Source: Eledone cirrhosa
Taxonomy: Eukaryota
Assembly: GCA_964016885.1 (NCBI GenBank)
Contig: OZ024740.1
Coordinates: forward strand, 147,126,001 to 147,190,000
Direction: 5' to 3'
DNA: 64,000 nucleotides
Position 1 is the first letter of the stretch; the number at the start of each line of letters is the position of its first letter. Below the pieces are notes generated by a model that was not told the origin of the DNA, searched no databases, and was given only the letters and a program-made list of their open reading frames with translations. Shown one piece after another: positions 27,965 to 44,720 of this stretch. Made by a program: the position numbers and the translations under genes.

Positions 27965-28565
27965 TGTGTGTTGTATGTGGTCCTAGATGTATGTATTACC
28001 TGCCTGTGTGTTGTATGTAGTCCTAGATGTATGTTTTACCTGCTTATGTATTGCATGTGGTCCCAGCTGTATGTATTACCTGCTTGTGTGTTGTATGTCG
28101 TCCTAGATGTGTGTATTACCTCCTTATGTGTTGTATGTGGTCCTAGATGTATGTATTACCTGATTGTGTTGTATGTGGTCCTGGATGTTTGTATTACCTG
28201 CTTATGTGTTGTATGTGGTCTTAGATGTGTGTGCTACCTGCCTGTGTGTTTTATGTGGTCCTAGATGTGTGTGTGCTACCTCCTTATGTGTTGCATGTGG
28301 TCCTAGATGTGTGTATTACCTTATTATGTGTTGTATGTTATCCTAGATGTTTGTATTACCTGCTTATGTGTTGTATGTGGTCCTAGATGTGTGTGCTACC
28401 TGCCTGTGTTTTTATGTGGTCCTAGATGTGTATGTGCTACCTCCTTATGTGTTGCATGTGGTCCTAGATGTGTGTATTACCTGCGTATGTGTTGTATGTG
28501 GTCTTAGATGCGTGTATTACCTGCTTATGTGATGTATGTGGTCCTAGATGTGTGTGCTACCCACT
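27965..28565 (+). repeat. ~40-bp minisatellite, about 15 copies
   Basis: Consensus TGTGTTGTATGTGGTCCTAGATGTGTGTATTACCTGCTTA; contiguous units with no spacers. Confidence 0.92.
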
Positions 28566-29419
28566 TCTGTGTTTTTTTTCTTTTTTTCTTTGTAATATTA
28601 TTTATACAATAGGGAATAAAATAGATCTACATAGTGTTAACTCGTTACGGTTGAATCAATAATTTCAGACATGAAATACATTGTTATCGGTGAAAAAAAG
28701 ATAAGATTCTAACTGGCTGCGCTCAAAGTGTCCTTGACCCAGATGACTGTGGGTTTTTTCATTTTTAGGATCTCAATTACCGGTTAATGTTTAGATACAC
28801 CTGCTCACAGCTGTGGTCAGACTATAGTTATGCTGTCTGCAAGCTCATTCAAATGCATTCACACTGGCTGTCTCAAAGACATACAAATATGGCTTATAAA
28901 ACTTACCAAAGTAAAGAGTCTTCCAGCGCCCCCTAGCCACCCCTCCCCCTTCAAGCTCCTAACGCGACCTTGCTCCCAAACACCCTCCTGGAGTTCCGAA
29001 ACGCCCCCCGGAGGTGCATAGTCCCCCTCGTTGAGAACCTTTGTTGTAAAGCAAACAATTATTATTATTATATAAAAACTGAACTGTAAAAGTCAACAGT
29101 TGACATGATCTTGTATCAGTACCGACGGTAATATATGTATGTGTGTGTGTTTGTATGCATGAGTGTTGGTGTGTGAGTGAGTGTGTGTGTGTGTGTGCCG
29201 TGAGTGTCAATAAGTGGTGTTTTTTTTGTTTTTTTTGTTATGACCAGGCTGTAAAATGGAGGGGTAGAGAGGGCCCATGAGACCAGTAAGACATCCTCTC
29301 TAGTGCTGGTGGCACAAATAAAAGCACCCAGTCCATGCTGTAAAGTGGTGCTGGTGTTAGGAAGGGCATCCAACCAGTGTATCAATGCCAAAACAATTAT
29401 GAGCACAGCAACAAATATA

Positions 29420-32400
29420 TAGAAACAACAAAAATATGAAGACGTCGCATCTCAGAGTTGCAACAGTTAATGTTAGCACTCTCACAGGTAGATCTGGTGA
29501 AATAGTGGAGATGCTGGAGAGAAGGCATGTGGATGTGTGCTGCGTGTAAGAGGTGAGATGGAGAGGTGCCTCTGCGAGACTAGTCGCAGGCAAACATCTT
29601 AGCTATAAGCTTTTCTGGGTAGGTAAGGATGATGAGTTAGGGGGAGTAGGCATTTTCCTGGCTGAGAAATGGATCAATAAGACAATAGAGGTAGTTCGAG
29701 TTAATAATCGAATGATTAAGCTTAGATTAGTTGTAGGCAGGAGACTACTGACAATCATCTCTGCCTATGCTCCCCAAGCAGGCCAAGGCAAAGAAGAGAA
29801 AACTGCTTTTATGAGGAACTTTTACAAACAGCCGCAATGACAGAGGACAGAGACATCGTTATGCTAGCAGGGGACTTCAATGGTCATGTTGGATAGCTCC
29901 AGGATGGTTACACTGGGGTACATGGTGGGCACGGTTATGGCTCAAGAAATGAAGGAGTGAGACTTGTTGAATTTTGTGATGCAAGTACACTGACTATTTG
30001 CAACACTAACTTCCAGAAACCTGCCAACCACCTAATAACCTACAAATCAGGTGAGCAGATAAGCCAGATTGACTTCTTACTAGTTAAGCAGCAGGGCAGG
30101 CAGATGGTATCAAATATCAAGGCATACCCTGGGGAAGAATGTACCCACAGCATAGGTTAGTCGTTAGTAATATCTCAGTAAGCAAGAGATGGAATGAGAT
30201 ATACAGGAAGGTGTGGAAGCTAAAAGACCTTTCAATAAAATACAAATTTAGGAAAGCCCTTCAAGATGTGTATGATGAAAAAGAAGACCATTTAGAGTCG
30301 TATGACATAGATAATAAGTGGAATTTCTTATGAGACAACTTACTGCAGGCTACTGATGAAACTTGTGACTGGAGCAGAGCTCCAACCAGACAGAGATAAC
30401 CTGGTGGTGGAACAGCATAGTAGATAGGGCCATTAGAGACAAAAGACTAGCATGGAAGGCTGGCTTGAAAAAAGGGTGGGAGTAGAGAAGGATATACAGC
30501 TGCTAAGAGAGAAGCTAGGCATCAGGTGTACTTAGCACGTAGGGAGGCTGAGAGTAGGAGGTTTGCCAATGTTCTGCAACGGGGAGATCAGAGGCGTGCA
30601 GTTTTCCACATTGCAAGGCAGTGTGTCAATGTAAACCAGGATGTTGTTGAAGATAAATGTGTCCGGAATGATGTCGGTGTACTTAGTGTCACGAATGATC
30701 AGAAAAAGGAGGCCTGGAAATGTCATTATGAGAGACTGATGAATGTGAAGAACGAATGGGAGAGAGAGAAATTACCCTCAGTAGATACAACAGAGGCACC
30801 AACTATTGAGATTGATGAATATAGGGTCCAAGAGGCGATTAAGGAAATGAAAAATGGTAAGGCTGCTGAACCATCGGGGATAGTTGCTGAGATGCTGAAG
30901 GCATCAGGGAACATAGGCACTAAACTGGTTGCACGCATCATCAATCAGGCTATATATGGCGGTGTCATACCCAAAGACTGGTGCAGCAGTATTCTCATAA
31001 ATTGCTACAAAGGTAAAGGGGATGCTCTGGAGAGGAGCAATTATAGGCGTATAAAACTGATGGATCAGGTTAAAGTGGCAGAAAGAATATTAGCACAACT
31101 AATTAGAGAAAGGGTCAAACTAGATGAGATGCAGTTTAGTTTTGTACCTGGGAAAAGTACAAAAGATGGCCTCTTCTTGGTGAGACAATTTCAAGAGAGG
31201 TTCTTAAAGAAGAATAAGCCACTATACTTTGCCTTTGTTGACCTAGAGAAGGCTTTTGATAGTGTACCCCGATCTGACATCTGGTGGTCCCTAAGGAAAC
31301 TAGGTGTTGAGGAATGGCTTGTGAGGACAGTGCAAAATTTGTACAGAGGTGCTGTCAGTAAAGTCAGGGTAGGAATAGAGTTTAGTGAGGAATTCCAGAT
31401 ACAAGTAGGAGTACATCAAGGTTCGGTCCTCAGCCCGCTCTTGTTCATTATAGTCCTCCAAGCCATAACAGGAGTTTAAGACTGGCTGTCCATGGGAACT
31501 TCTCTATGCTGACGATCTGGTTCTTATAGCAGAATCAGTAGAGGAGCTAGAGAATAAATTCTGGCTATGGAAACAGCAGTTGGAAGCAAAAGGACTGAGA
31601 GTGAACCTAGCTAAGACAAAAGTGTTGCGTAGAAAAGAGGACAAAACTGATTCCATCAGGGAAATGGCCATGATTGATATGCAGAAAAGGAACTGGCATA
31701 AATTCTATAAAATGCACACAATGCAGATACTGGGTACACAAGAGATGTAGTGGGATAGCAGGCAAACTAACAGATAGGGAGAAATACGTATGCAGTAGAT
31801 GTATAGGGAAATTAGACAGTAGAAGTCGCATTGATAGACACATTTTTCAAATGCAGGCGGGTGCTATAGAAGTGGTGGATAGCTTCCGGTACCTAGGAGA
31901 TCAGATTAGCATGGGGGGGGTTCCAAGGCCATAGTATCTAGAATAAGGACGGGTTGGAAGAAGTTTAGGGAGCTGCTTCCTCCTGCGTACGAAAGGCCGG
32001 TTATATGATGCCTGTGTGAGGAGCGCAATGCTGCTTGGTAGTGAGACTTGGGCAGCAACTGCAGAGGATATGCGACGGCTGGAGAGAAATGAGGCAAGCA
32101 TGCTCCGTTGGATATGCATTGTCAATGTGCGTGAACGACCCAGCTTGGATGTGTTGAGAGAGAAATTGTGTCTGAAAGGGATAGAATGTAGTGTGCGAGA
32201 GAGAAGACTGCGGTGGTATGGACGTGTGATGCGCATAGAGAATGACCGATGGGTGAAGAAGTGCCAGGAAATGCCAGTTGATGGAAGATGTGGTAGAGGT
32301 AGACCACGAAAACCATGGGGGGAGGTGGTGAGAACAAACCTCAGATCACTGAAGCACACAGTGGAGATGACGAAGGACAGTGACAAGTGGAGAGATGCTG

Positions 32401-32472
32401 TGCTGAATAAGATCCATCCCACCTTTGCAAGCAGGGAAAAGTGGACGTAAAATGATGATGATGATGATGATA
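29420..32472 (+). mobile_element. RTE LINE, full ORF2 span, decayed (subfamily B)
   Basis: LRVATVNVSTL start, AYAPQ, GDFNGHVG, FVDLEKAFD, HQGSVLSP, LYADD, PHD-like cysteines. Ends GGACGTAAAATG(ATG)n. Confidence 0.92.
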
Positions 32473-32478
32473 TATATA

Positions 32479-32680
32479 TCTGTATAAAGACGAAATTTTC
32501 TGTATGTGAGTGTATGTGTGTGTGGACAATTTTTAGTGAGGGCTCATATATTTTAAACCATTCATGCGATTTCTTCGAAATTTTTTACACAGCTTCTCCT
32601 TGCACAAAACCTGTACATGATCTACAAAGGCTTTCAAGAATCGATATTGGGGCTTTTGGAGACATTAAAAAAGTTTCGGT
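32479..32680 (+). mobile_element. Possible Helitron-type 5' fragment
   Basis: Starts A|TCTGTATAAAGACGAAAT then (GT)-rich sequence. No 3' CTAG end found. Confidence 0.3.
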
Positions 32681-32689
32681 TATTTGTGT

Positions 32690-34640
32690 CAATTTTCTGA
32701 ATAAATTATTCCTCAAATTAATAGAGTTGTTACTTTTTAGTATAAAGAATATTTCTTCGACCCAAAGGGAACAACTTTTGGATAAAGCAGTGTATGAAGG
32801 AGCTTTGGAGATAATATTCCAAAGTAAAGAATAGTTAATGTTCTTTGATTTCAGGTCCCATAGTAAGTTAGATAGAGAAGTTGAAGATTTTTTACCAATA
32901 TTCGTAAAAGAACATTTTTGGTTATTAAAACGGGACTTAAAGTCTGTGGAGGTAGAGCCTACATAATTAAAAGAGTTTACATTTGTTTTTACATTACAAT
33001 TGTATACTATGTTTTTAACTAAACAATTATTATTTAGAGGACAGTTAGATTTATTTCTACAATTACATTTATCTAAATTTAAATTACTGGGAGCCGTAAC
33101 ATTATATTGGATACTGCTAGGGGTATTAATGCTATTCTGGTTATGTTTTAAGTTTCTATTATTAATTCTATTAATATTCTGTGCTAAATTCATAGTGGTG
33201 GAATATGATAGTTTAATAGTATGTCTATTAAATATTGAGTAATACCTGTGTGTTCTAGGAAAGCATTTATCTACAACTTTCAAGAATAATTTCGCAATAG
33301 GAATTTTAATACTTAATGAGAAAGGGGGAGTGAACCATAATATATTTCTAGTTCTATTTCTTCTTTTGGTTTTCGAGTTAGTGTAAGGTTTTCTATTATA
33401 ATATTTATAGTTATGGTTAGTTGGCACATCCTTATTATCAATGTACTTAATGTTATTACTATAGCCTGCTCTACCTAACACTTTGTTATAATATTGTGCC
33501 TTATCTTCAAATATATTTATATTAGCTGAAATTCTAGAAATACGTTGCTGCACAGAATTTACAATAGTGTTTTTAACAGATCTGGGGTGATTGGAATTAA
33601 AGTTAACATAATTAGATTCTCATTTATTTTATGAAATGGATAATAAAGACCAGTGTTAAGGTTTAAAGTTACATCTAAAAAATTAACTATTTTATAATTA
33701 TTCTCTACTTCTACTTTAAGATTAAGGCAATTAAAAAATTGTATAATTTCTTTTCTTTTTCCTATTTATTTCACAATTATTATTATTTTCTATAAGTAAT
33801 AGCATATCATCACGATATAAACCACCGGTCATCTCCGGTATTTTCCTATGTAAAGTATTGTTAATAAAAAGCCCCACAAGATCTGTTATTTGTGCCGAGT
33901 CGGATGATCCCATAGTAATATCAAAATTATTATCTCTGTCTGCTCTAGTCCAGAGGTGGTTGTTAAATTTAATTAATGTTTTATGTGCAGTTAAGATAAT
34001 GTGCATTTCATTACTAGTTAAATCTGTATATTTAAATCTGTATATTTAAATGCATATGTAAGGGCTTTATTAAGTAGATTAGGAGTGATAGATGAGTAAT
34101 AATTAGCAATATCCAATTGAATAAATTTATTGTTATACTTATATTTAATGTCCTTAAACCAGTCGATAATTTCATTAGTGCCATTCCATAATTTTAAATA
34201 AGATATTTCCTTAATTTGTGGTATGATTCTATCTTAAATATTCTTGCTAAGTATGCCAAGGTCCGATTTAGATGGTGCAATCAATCTAACTGGTAATTCA
34301 ATTTCAAAATTTCTTTTATGGTCCTCCATATTAATTTTTGGTTTCCTAGGTATGAAGGGTTGGTCCTATTTTCAATGCCTAATTCCTGCATTATATAAGA
34401 AGCTTCCATATTTAGTTTTTCAAGGTCATCACTGGTTGCTTTTTTGTAATTCTTCCTTAATTCCTTCAATATAAGATCATTGTAATTATCCCTTTGCATT
34501 CCAGAAAGATTGTTGGTTTTATCTGATTTAACTAGAATTTTTTCAAAGCTTTCTATATTATATTTATACAGTTCAATAGAGATATATGTATCTCGACAAA
34601 ACAGATAGAAAAAAAGTCTTATTAGCTTCACACTCTATAT
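32690..34640 (-). mobile_element. Penelope-like element (Naiad-type): RT plus GIY-YIG endonuclease, frameshifted
   Basis: VKSDKTNN, FIQLDIANYYSSI, TMGSSDSAQITDLVG, GLYRDD, SNHP, WFTPPFS, CNCRNKSNCPLNNNC, IVY...YVG...FKSRF, EEIFFI..INLR. Confidence 0.88.
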
Positions 34641-35389
34641 TTGAAAGGGGAAAAGAATTGTATACTAGTAAAAGAATTGTATATTAGTGCAGAATGTTGA
34701 AATACTGGTGTACTTTGTTAGTTAGTATAGCTGGCACTATTGGTGTATATATGGGTGTCATCACCATTTTATGTTTATTTTTCATGATGGTATTCTGAGA
34801 TTAGACAGGTTAGATCAACATATCTTATTCATATTCTTCATTTTGGCATGGTTTCTATGAAAGGATTCTCTTCTTAATCTCATCAACTCTTTAGCTTGCA
34901 CTAGGTGCAATTCATCATGAAACAATCACATGTCTTTGTTTTTTTTATTTGAGGGTGCAAAATGTGTGAATGGGACAAATATAATATTGTGCATTGTTGC
35001 GTGACAATCTAATCTTTTCTATACATACACCATCAGGATATTTGATAATACCAGGTAATTAGGTACATCTATACATAGGCTTCAATAATTTGAATGATTT
35101 TATTTTGATGCTTCAGTTAATTGACAATATGAAGTTTCTCCACCAACCAGCGACCAGCGATATGTGGGTATGACTCAAAATATAATTTACATATGTATGA
35201 ATATTTTTGAGTCATCATCATTTCATGTCAATGTTTCCACGCTAGCATGGGTTAGATGAATTGTACTGTTGTGGGCAATGCCAGGTCAAGTGAACAATTC
35301 TTACTTATACAGGAATGATTTTGGCTCGGTTTCTATAGCTGCATGCCCAATCTCATTTACAGTGAGGGCGGGGTGCTTTTTTAATATAA

Positions 35390-35436
35390 TAAATTATATA
35401 TATAATATATATATATATATATAATAATATATAATA

Positions 35437-35477
<41 letters not shown>

Positions 35478-36217
35478 ATATATAATATATATATTATATA
35501 TATATATAATAATATATAATATATATATTATATATATATATAATAATATATAATATATATATTATATATATATATAATAATATATAATATATATATTATA
35601 TATATATATAATAATATATAATATATATATTATATATATATATAATAATATATAATATATATATTATATATATATATAATAATATATAATATATATATTA
35701 TATATATATATAATAATATATAATATATATATTATATATATATATAATAATATATAATATATATATTATATATATATATAATAATATATATATTATATAT
35801 ATATAATAATATATAATATATATATTATATATATATTATAATATATAATATATATATTATATATATATATAATAATATATAATATATATATTATATATAT
35901 ATATAATAATATATAATATATATATATATAATAATATATAATATATATATTGTATATATATATAATAATATATAATATATATATTATATATATATATAAT
36001 AACATATAATATATATATTATATATATATATAATAACATATAATATATATATTGTATATATATATAATAATATATAATATATATATTATATATATATATA
36101 ATAATATATAATATATATATTATATATATATATAATAATATTTAATATATATATTATATATATATATAATAATATATAATAATATATATAATAATATATA
36201 TATATAATAATATATAT

Positions 36218-36249
<32 letters not shown>

Positions 36250-36563
36250 ATATATATATATATAATATATATATATATATAATAATATATAATATATATA
36301 TATTATAATATATAATAATATATATAATAATATATATATATAATAATATATAATATATATATATTATAATATATAATAATATATATAATAATATATATAA
36401 TAATATATAATAATATATATATATATAATAATATATATATATATATAATAATATATATATATATATAATAATATATATATATATATAATAATATATATAT
36501 ATATATAATAATATATATATATAAAATAATATATATATATATATATAATATATAATATATAAT

Positions 36564-36597
<34 letters not shown>

Positions 36598-36615
36598 ATA
36601 TATATATAATAATAT
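35390..36615. repeat. AT-only satellite with a ~36-bp higher-order unit
   Basis: Repeated ATAATAATATATAATATATATATTATATATATATAT-like units. Confidence 0.9.
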
Positions 36616-36678
36616 ATTAGAAAGTGAGGTTTTTTTTACAAAATGAAAAATAACCGAGGTGTCCTACACGAGTGGAAG

Positions 36679-37487
36679 TATAAAGAAAAAGGGATGAAAT
36701 CGAAAATGCAACTGAAGTCTTATTTTTTTAAAAATATATATATTTATTTGGTTCCTTTACCGGTTTCGCAGTTGTTCTGCTTTTCAAAAGGTGAGTTGAG
36801 ATGGAGGGTCTGTGGTTTTTCTCACATCTTTGCGTTGCATGGGAAACTGCTGGTCTTAAACAAAAACTTTGCCCGAGCCTGCTTTTGGAGAGGAATGTTC
36901 AAGGTGAAGATATATGGTTTCACAAGGCCCTTGTGCTAATTAAATTATGACATTATCATCTGAGTTCAAATCCAACTGAGGTCAACATTGCATTTCATCC
37001 AGTAATTTTCAGAAATTAATTTGATTCGAACAAGCAATTGGAAACAGATAGATGTATGGTCTGTCGTTTCAATCAACAGGAGATTCCTTTCACATTTCTA
37101 TCTCTCGATTTCTTTCGCATTTCTTTTTTTTTCCACTGTTGCTTTTCTTTTTCGATATTTTCTTTCTTTGTTGTTTGTTGTTTCATCGCTTACTGGGTTG
37201 TTTATATTCATTAGAAAAATTTGCTCTCGAGTCTCGAACCCTGTGAAACCATATATCTTCACCTTGAACATTCCTCTCCAAAAGCAGGATCGGGCAAAGT
37301 TTTTGTTTAAGACCAGCAGTTTCCCATGCAACGCAAAGATGTGAGAAAAACCACAGACCCTCCATCTCAACTCACCTTTTGAAAAGCAGAAGAACTGCGA
37401 AACCGGTAAAGGAAACAAATAAATATATATATTTAAAAAAAAATAAGACTTCAGTTGCATTTTCGATTTCATCCCTTTTTCTTTATA
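36679..37487. mobile_element. ~250-bp inverted repeat pair (36679-36927 / 37240-37487), PLE pseudo-LTR-like, with decayed hammerhead
   Basis: Arms are near-identical reverse complements. 37375-37412 reads CCUU-UUGAAAA-GCAG aagaa CUGC-GAAA-CCG-GUA-AAGG. Confidence 0.7.
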
Positions 37488-41005
<3,518 letters not shown>

Positions 41006-41725
41006 TATTAGAAAGATCGAGTATCGAAAAATCGGCGCACGAGTTCACGATAAACGAAATTCGATATGAGCGGCAGAGGGCTCAATAATTCAGATGAATC
41101 AGAGCTATAACTATCGTTAAAATACCGTCACATATAGAACAAGTCTACAATCAACCATACGATTTAAAATCGATAAAGGAAGATTCGGGCCAAACAGATA
41201 AAAAATATCAATAAACCAATACGTCAATAATTTAAATGAATGTAAAATCATACCCGGACCCACTAGACAGGTGTTAAATCTAGCTTCATGGGTTTCTGTA
41301 AATCCTTAGACTGTACTCTATCAGCTCACATATAAATATAAAAGCCTACTAGAGCAAGTGGAACGGAGGTTTACTTTATCAACGAGTTTTTTCCTGGCGG
41401 CAGAGGAGCCAACTACCAGTGAAAAACGCACATGGCATTAGACAAGGGAGATGACCCCTATATCCGCGAAAACAATTCGAGTGAATGTGGAAATACACAT
41501 ATCGAATTAGAGTGCTCAATAGACATGTTAAAATAAAACAAAAGCTATTCATCACTCAATAGAATCGACAAAAAATGAGCAATAAAATTAACTGGTGGAT
41601 AGCTATGTCCAGAGCTAAATATATTAGAAAGATCGAGTATCGAAAAATCGGCGCACGAGTTCACGATAAACGAAATTCGATATGAGCGGCAGAGGGCTCA
41701 ATAATTCAGATGAATCAGAGCTATA
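41006..41725. repeat. Unclassified element: 616-bp unit plus a ~104-bp exact direct repeat of its start
   Basis: 41006-41109 equals 41622-41725. A diverged inverted copy lies at 47288-47797. Confidence 0.75.
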
Positions 41726-42093
41726 TAATATATATATATAATATATATATATAATATATATATATAATATATATATATTATATATATATAATATATATAT
41801 ATTATATATATATAATATATATATATTATATATATATATTATATATATATAATATATATATATTATATATATATTATATATATAATATATATATAATATA
41901 TATATTTATATATATATTTACATATAATATATATATAATATATATATTTATATATAATATATATATAATATATATATAATATATATATTTATATATAATA
42001 TATATATAATATATATATTTATACATAATATATATATAATATATATATTTATATATAATATATATATAATATATAATATATAATATATATATA

Positions 42094-42125
<32 letters not shown>

Positions 42126-42127
<2 letters not shown>

Positions 42128-42317
42128 ATTGTTTCTACTTTTGGCACAAGGCCATCAATTATCCCAGTGCATTACTGGTACTTTATTTTATCGACCCCGT
42201 AAGGATGAAAGGCAAATTCAACCTCGGCGGGATTTGAACTCAGATCGTAAAGGGACGTAACTATGCTGGAAATCATGGTGTCTGACCCTCTACCGATACT
42301 GCCAATCCACCGCCCTT
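42126..42317 (-). mobile_element. Meta/MESC-like SINE, full length
   Basis: Head GGCGGTGGATTGGCAGTATCGG, B box GAGTTCAAATCC, GCCTTTCATCC domain. Confidence 0.85.
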
Positions 42318-42535
42318 ATATATAATATATATAATATATATAATATATATATATATAATATATATATAATATATATATATATATAATATATATAATATAT
42401 ATAATATATATATATATATAATATATATAATATATATAATATATATATATAATATATATATAATATATATATAATATATATAATATATATATATATAATA
42501 TATATATATAATATATATATATATAATATATATAT

Positions 42536-44568
42536 ATACGATATTAAACAAATGGAAACTACATTTATAAAACCATATTTATTTCATTATATATATTTCA
42601 GGGATATCATATTAAAAATATGGTATGCCCTCTTCAGACAAAATACAATATATAAACAGTTTTATAAATAAATTTGACATACCTTAAAAAATTTTACAAC
42701 TTCCATTTAAAAAGTTGTTATGGTAGTGAAAATGTTAAGGACAGTTAGAAAGACAGAATTTAAACTTCGACAGAATTTAAACTTCGACGGAATTTAAACT
42801 TCGCTATTATAATCACAAGAATTCTTTCACGGATCCAAACAAAAAATCTTCAACATCACTATCAGGCTTACTCTGGCAACTTAAACATGATAACGTTGGA
42901 TATTCGATGGTTTGGAATATAGTCTCAAGAGGGATTCCTTTTAACTCCTCCTCTGAGACATGCGACCTCTGCGCGGAGGAGATATTCTTTATACTAAAAT
43001 CTAAAAATTCCCTTAATTTACGGACCAATTTATTCAGTTGCTGCAGACATAGATTGAACTCAACTTTTAAATATAAATATAAATTTAAAATGTAGTATAT
43101 TTACTTAAGACTTTTAATTATTTTTTAATTATTTTAGAAAACTTGGCGATAAATCTTTCGATTCCTTCAATTCTTTAAACCTTCTTCATGAGTATATAAT
43201 TAATAATGTAATTAAACTACCTTAAAATGGTGATGCTCCCAATCTATTGAATAAAATTTTTAAGCTAGATAAACTTCTATAATAAATATAAGAGCATCTG
43301 TAGAACAACCGGGTATCCTAAAGTTTTTTTTTTAATGATTTCTGCTAAATAAGTTTGGTGAATAATTTTGGTTTTGTTTGCTTTTGATTCTGATTGCTTC
43401 TAATGAACTTGGCAATATATTGTCAAATAAATAAATTGGAAGGATTGATTGATATGTGGGGCACACTGTGCTTTATTACGGCCCTAGATATTCTGGGGAG
43501 TGAAATATTCTTGGCGTTTTTAATATTTTAATATATTGATATCTGTTCTATTCTATGCTTGAACGATAATCATGTAAGAGAGGGCAAGAATATTATTATT
43601 ATTATTATTAATAATAATGTATATTTTATGTATATGTATGTATGTATATATGTACATATGTGTATGGTAAAATCTATTTTATCGCAATGAAGATTTTTAT
43701 GTGAAATAAAAATTTACAGAGCTGATCATGTAAACTCACATGTGTCTATAATGTCAATTTGAGATAACCTTCTCTTTTTCTTTCTATTTTTTCTTTTTCT
43801 TTTTTCATGAAAATACATATATACTTATGTATTTCAGTATTTTTTTGAAGTTTTATCTCAGATTTTGATTGTAAACCTAAGAATTTTTAAACTAAACATA
43901 TAGTCATTATTTTTTCACACATTATTGATATGTGTCTCATTCATGAATATTGATATTTACATTATAATTCATAGGAATTGATAGACTGATGAAACATAAT
44001 ATTTTAAAACTATCATTTTTATTTCTAGGTATATCTCCTCTCCTCCTCCCTCTACACTGGACGAGACTTATGTATCGGCTGTTTTAACTCTATCTCCTGT
44101 ATCTCACCCCTCCCCTATCTCTCCCACCTCGTATAATAGATATTACTCGATCTACCTCTCCTTATTTATTTTTGTTTTTATTTCTCCCCGTATCCTTAAC
44201 ACTAAATAAATAAATAAACAAATGAATAATTACAGTACCCCTGCCCTCATAGATCTCTCATTTGGTGGTTTTCTCTTTACATACATTTCTTCATCTTCCG
44301 CTCTTTCTTTTTCTTTTCTCCTTTTTCTTTTTCCTTTTTTCTCCGTCGTTTTTTTTTTTCTAACGGTCCTTAACATTTTCACTACCGTAACAACTTTTTA
44401 AATGGAAGTTGTAAACTCTAAGGTATGTCAAATTTATTTATAAAACTGTCTATATATTGTATTTTGTCTGAAGAGGGCATACCATATTTTAATATGATAT
44501 CCCTGAAATATATATAATGAAATAAATATGGTTTTATAAATGTAATTTCCATTTGTTTAATATCGTAT
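42536..44568 (+). mobile_element. 5'-truncated Naiad-type PLE: GIY-YIG C-terminus flanked by inverted pseudo-LTRs
   Basis: HKNSF..STSLSGLLWQLK..WNIVS..CDLCAEEIFFI..LNLR..CCRH (42813-43095), homologous to the 32.7-33.0 kb region. Inverted ~215-bp arms at 42536-42751 and 44357-44568. Confidence 0.85.
44460..44524 (+). ncRNA. Type-I hammerhead motif in PLE pseudo-LTR (mirror 42580-42645 on minus strand)
   Basis: UAUUUUGU-CUGAAGA-GGG..CAUAUU UU AAUAUG..CCC U-GAAA-UAUAU-AUA-AUGAAAUA. Confidence 0.75.
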
Positions 44569-44620
44569 ATAATATATATATATATAATATATATATAACA
44601 TATATATATATATATATAAT

Positions 44621-44652
<32 letters not shown>

Positions 44653-44688
44653 ATATATATAATATATATATATATAATATATATATAA

Positions 44689-44689
44689 T

Positions 44690-44720
<31 letters not shown>

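Larger units (their letters stand above)
26492..29043 (-). mobile_element. Buster/Charlie-type hAT transposon with TIRs and 8-bp TSD
   Basis: TIRs CACAGGTTTTCAAC / GTTGAGAACCTTTG (12/14 match). TSD CTGTAAAG / TTGTAAAG, nnnTAnnn as in Buster elements. Confidence 0.8.

Noticed and set aside
27956-28662. CRISPR-like array or Cys-rich proteins
   Set aside because: Contiguous degenerate 40-bp units with no unique spacers, in a eukaryotic context; the ORFs are repeat translations.
32585-33553. Selenocysteine recoding, reported for some Naiad PLEs
   Set aside because: The cysteine motif CNC..C..C uses ordinary codons and the frame has no in-frame TGA.
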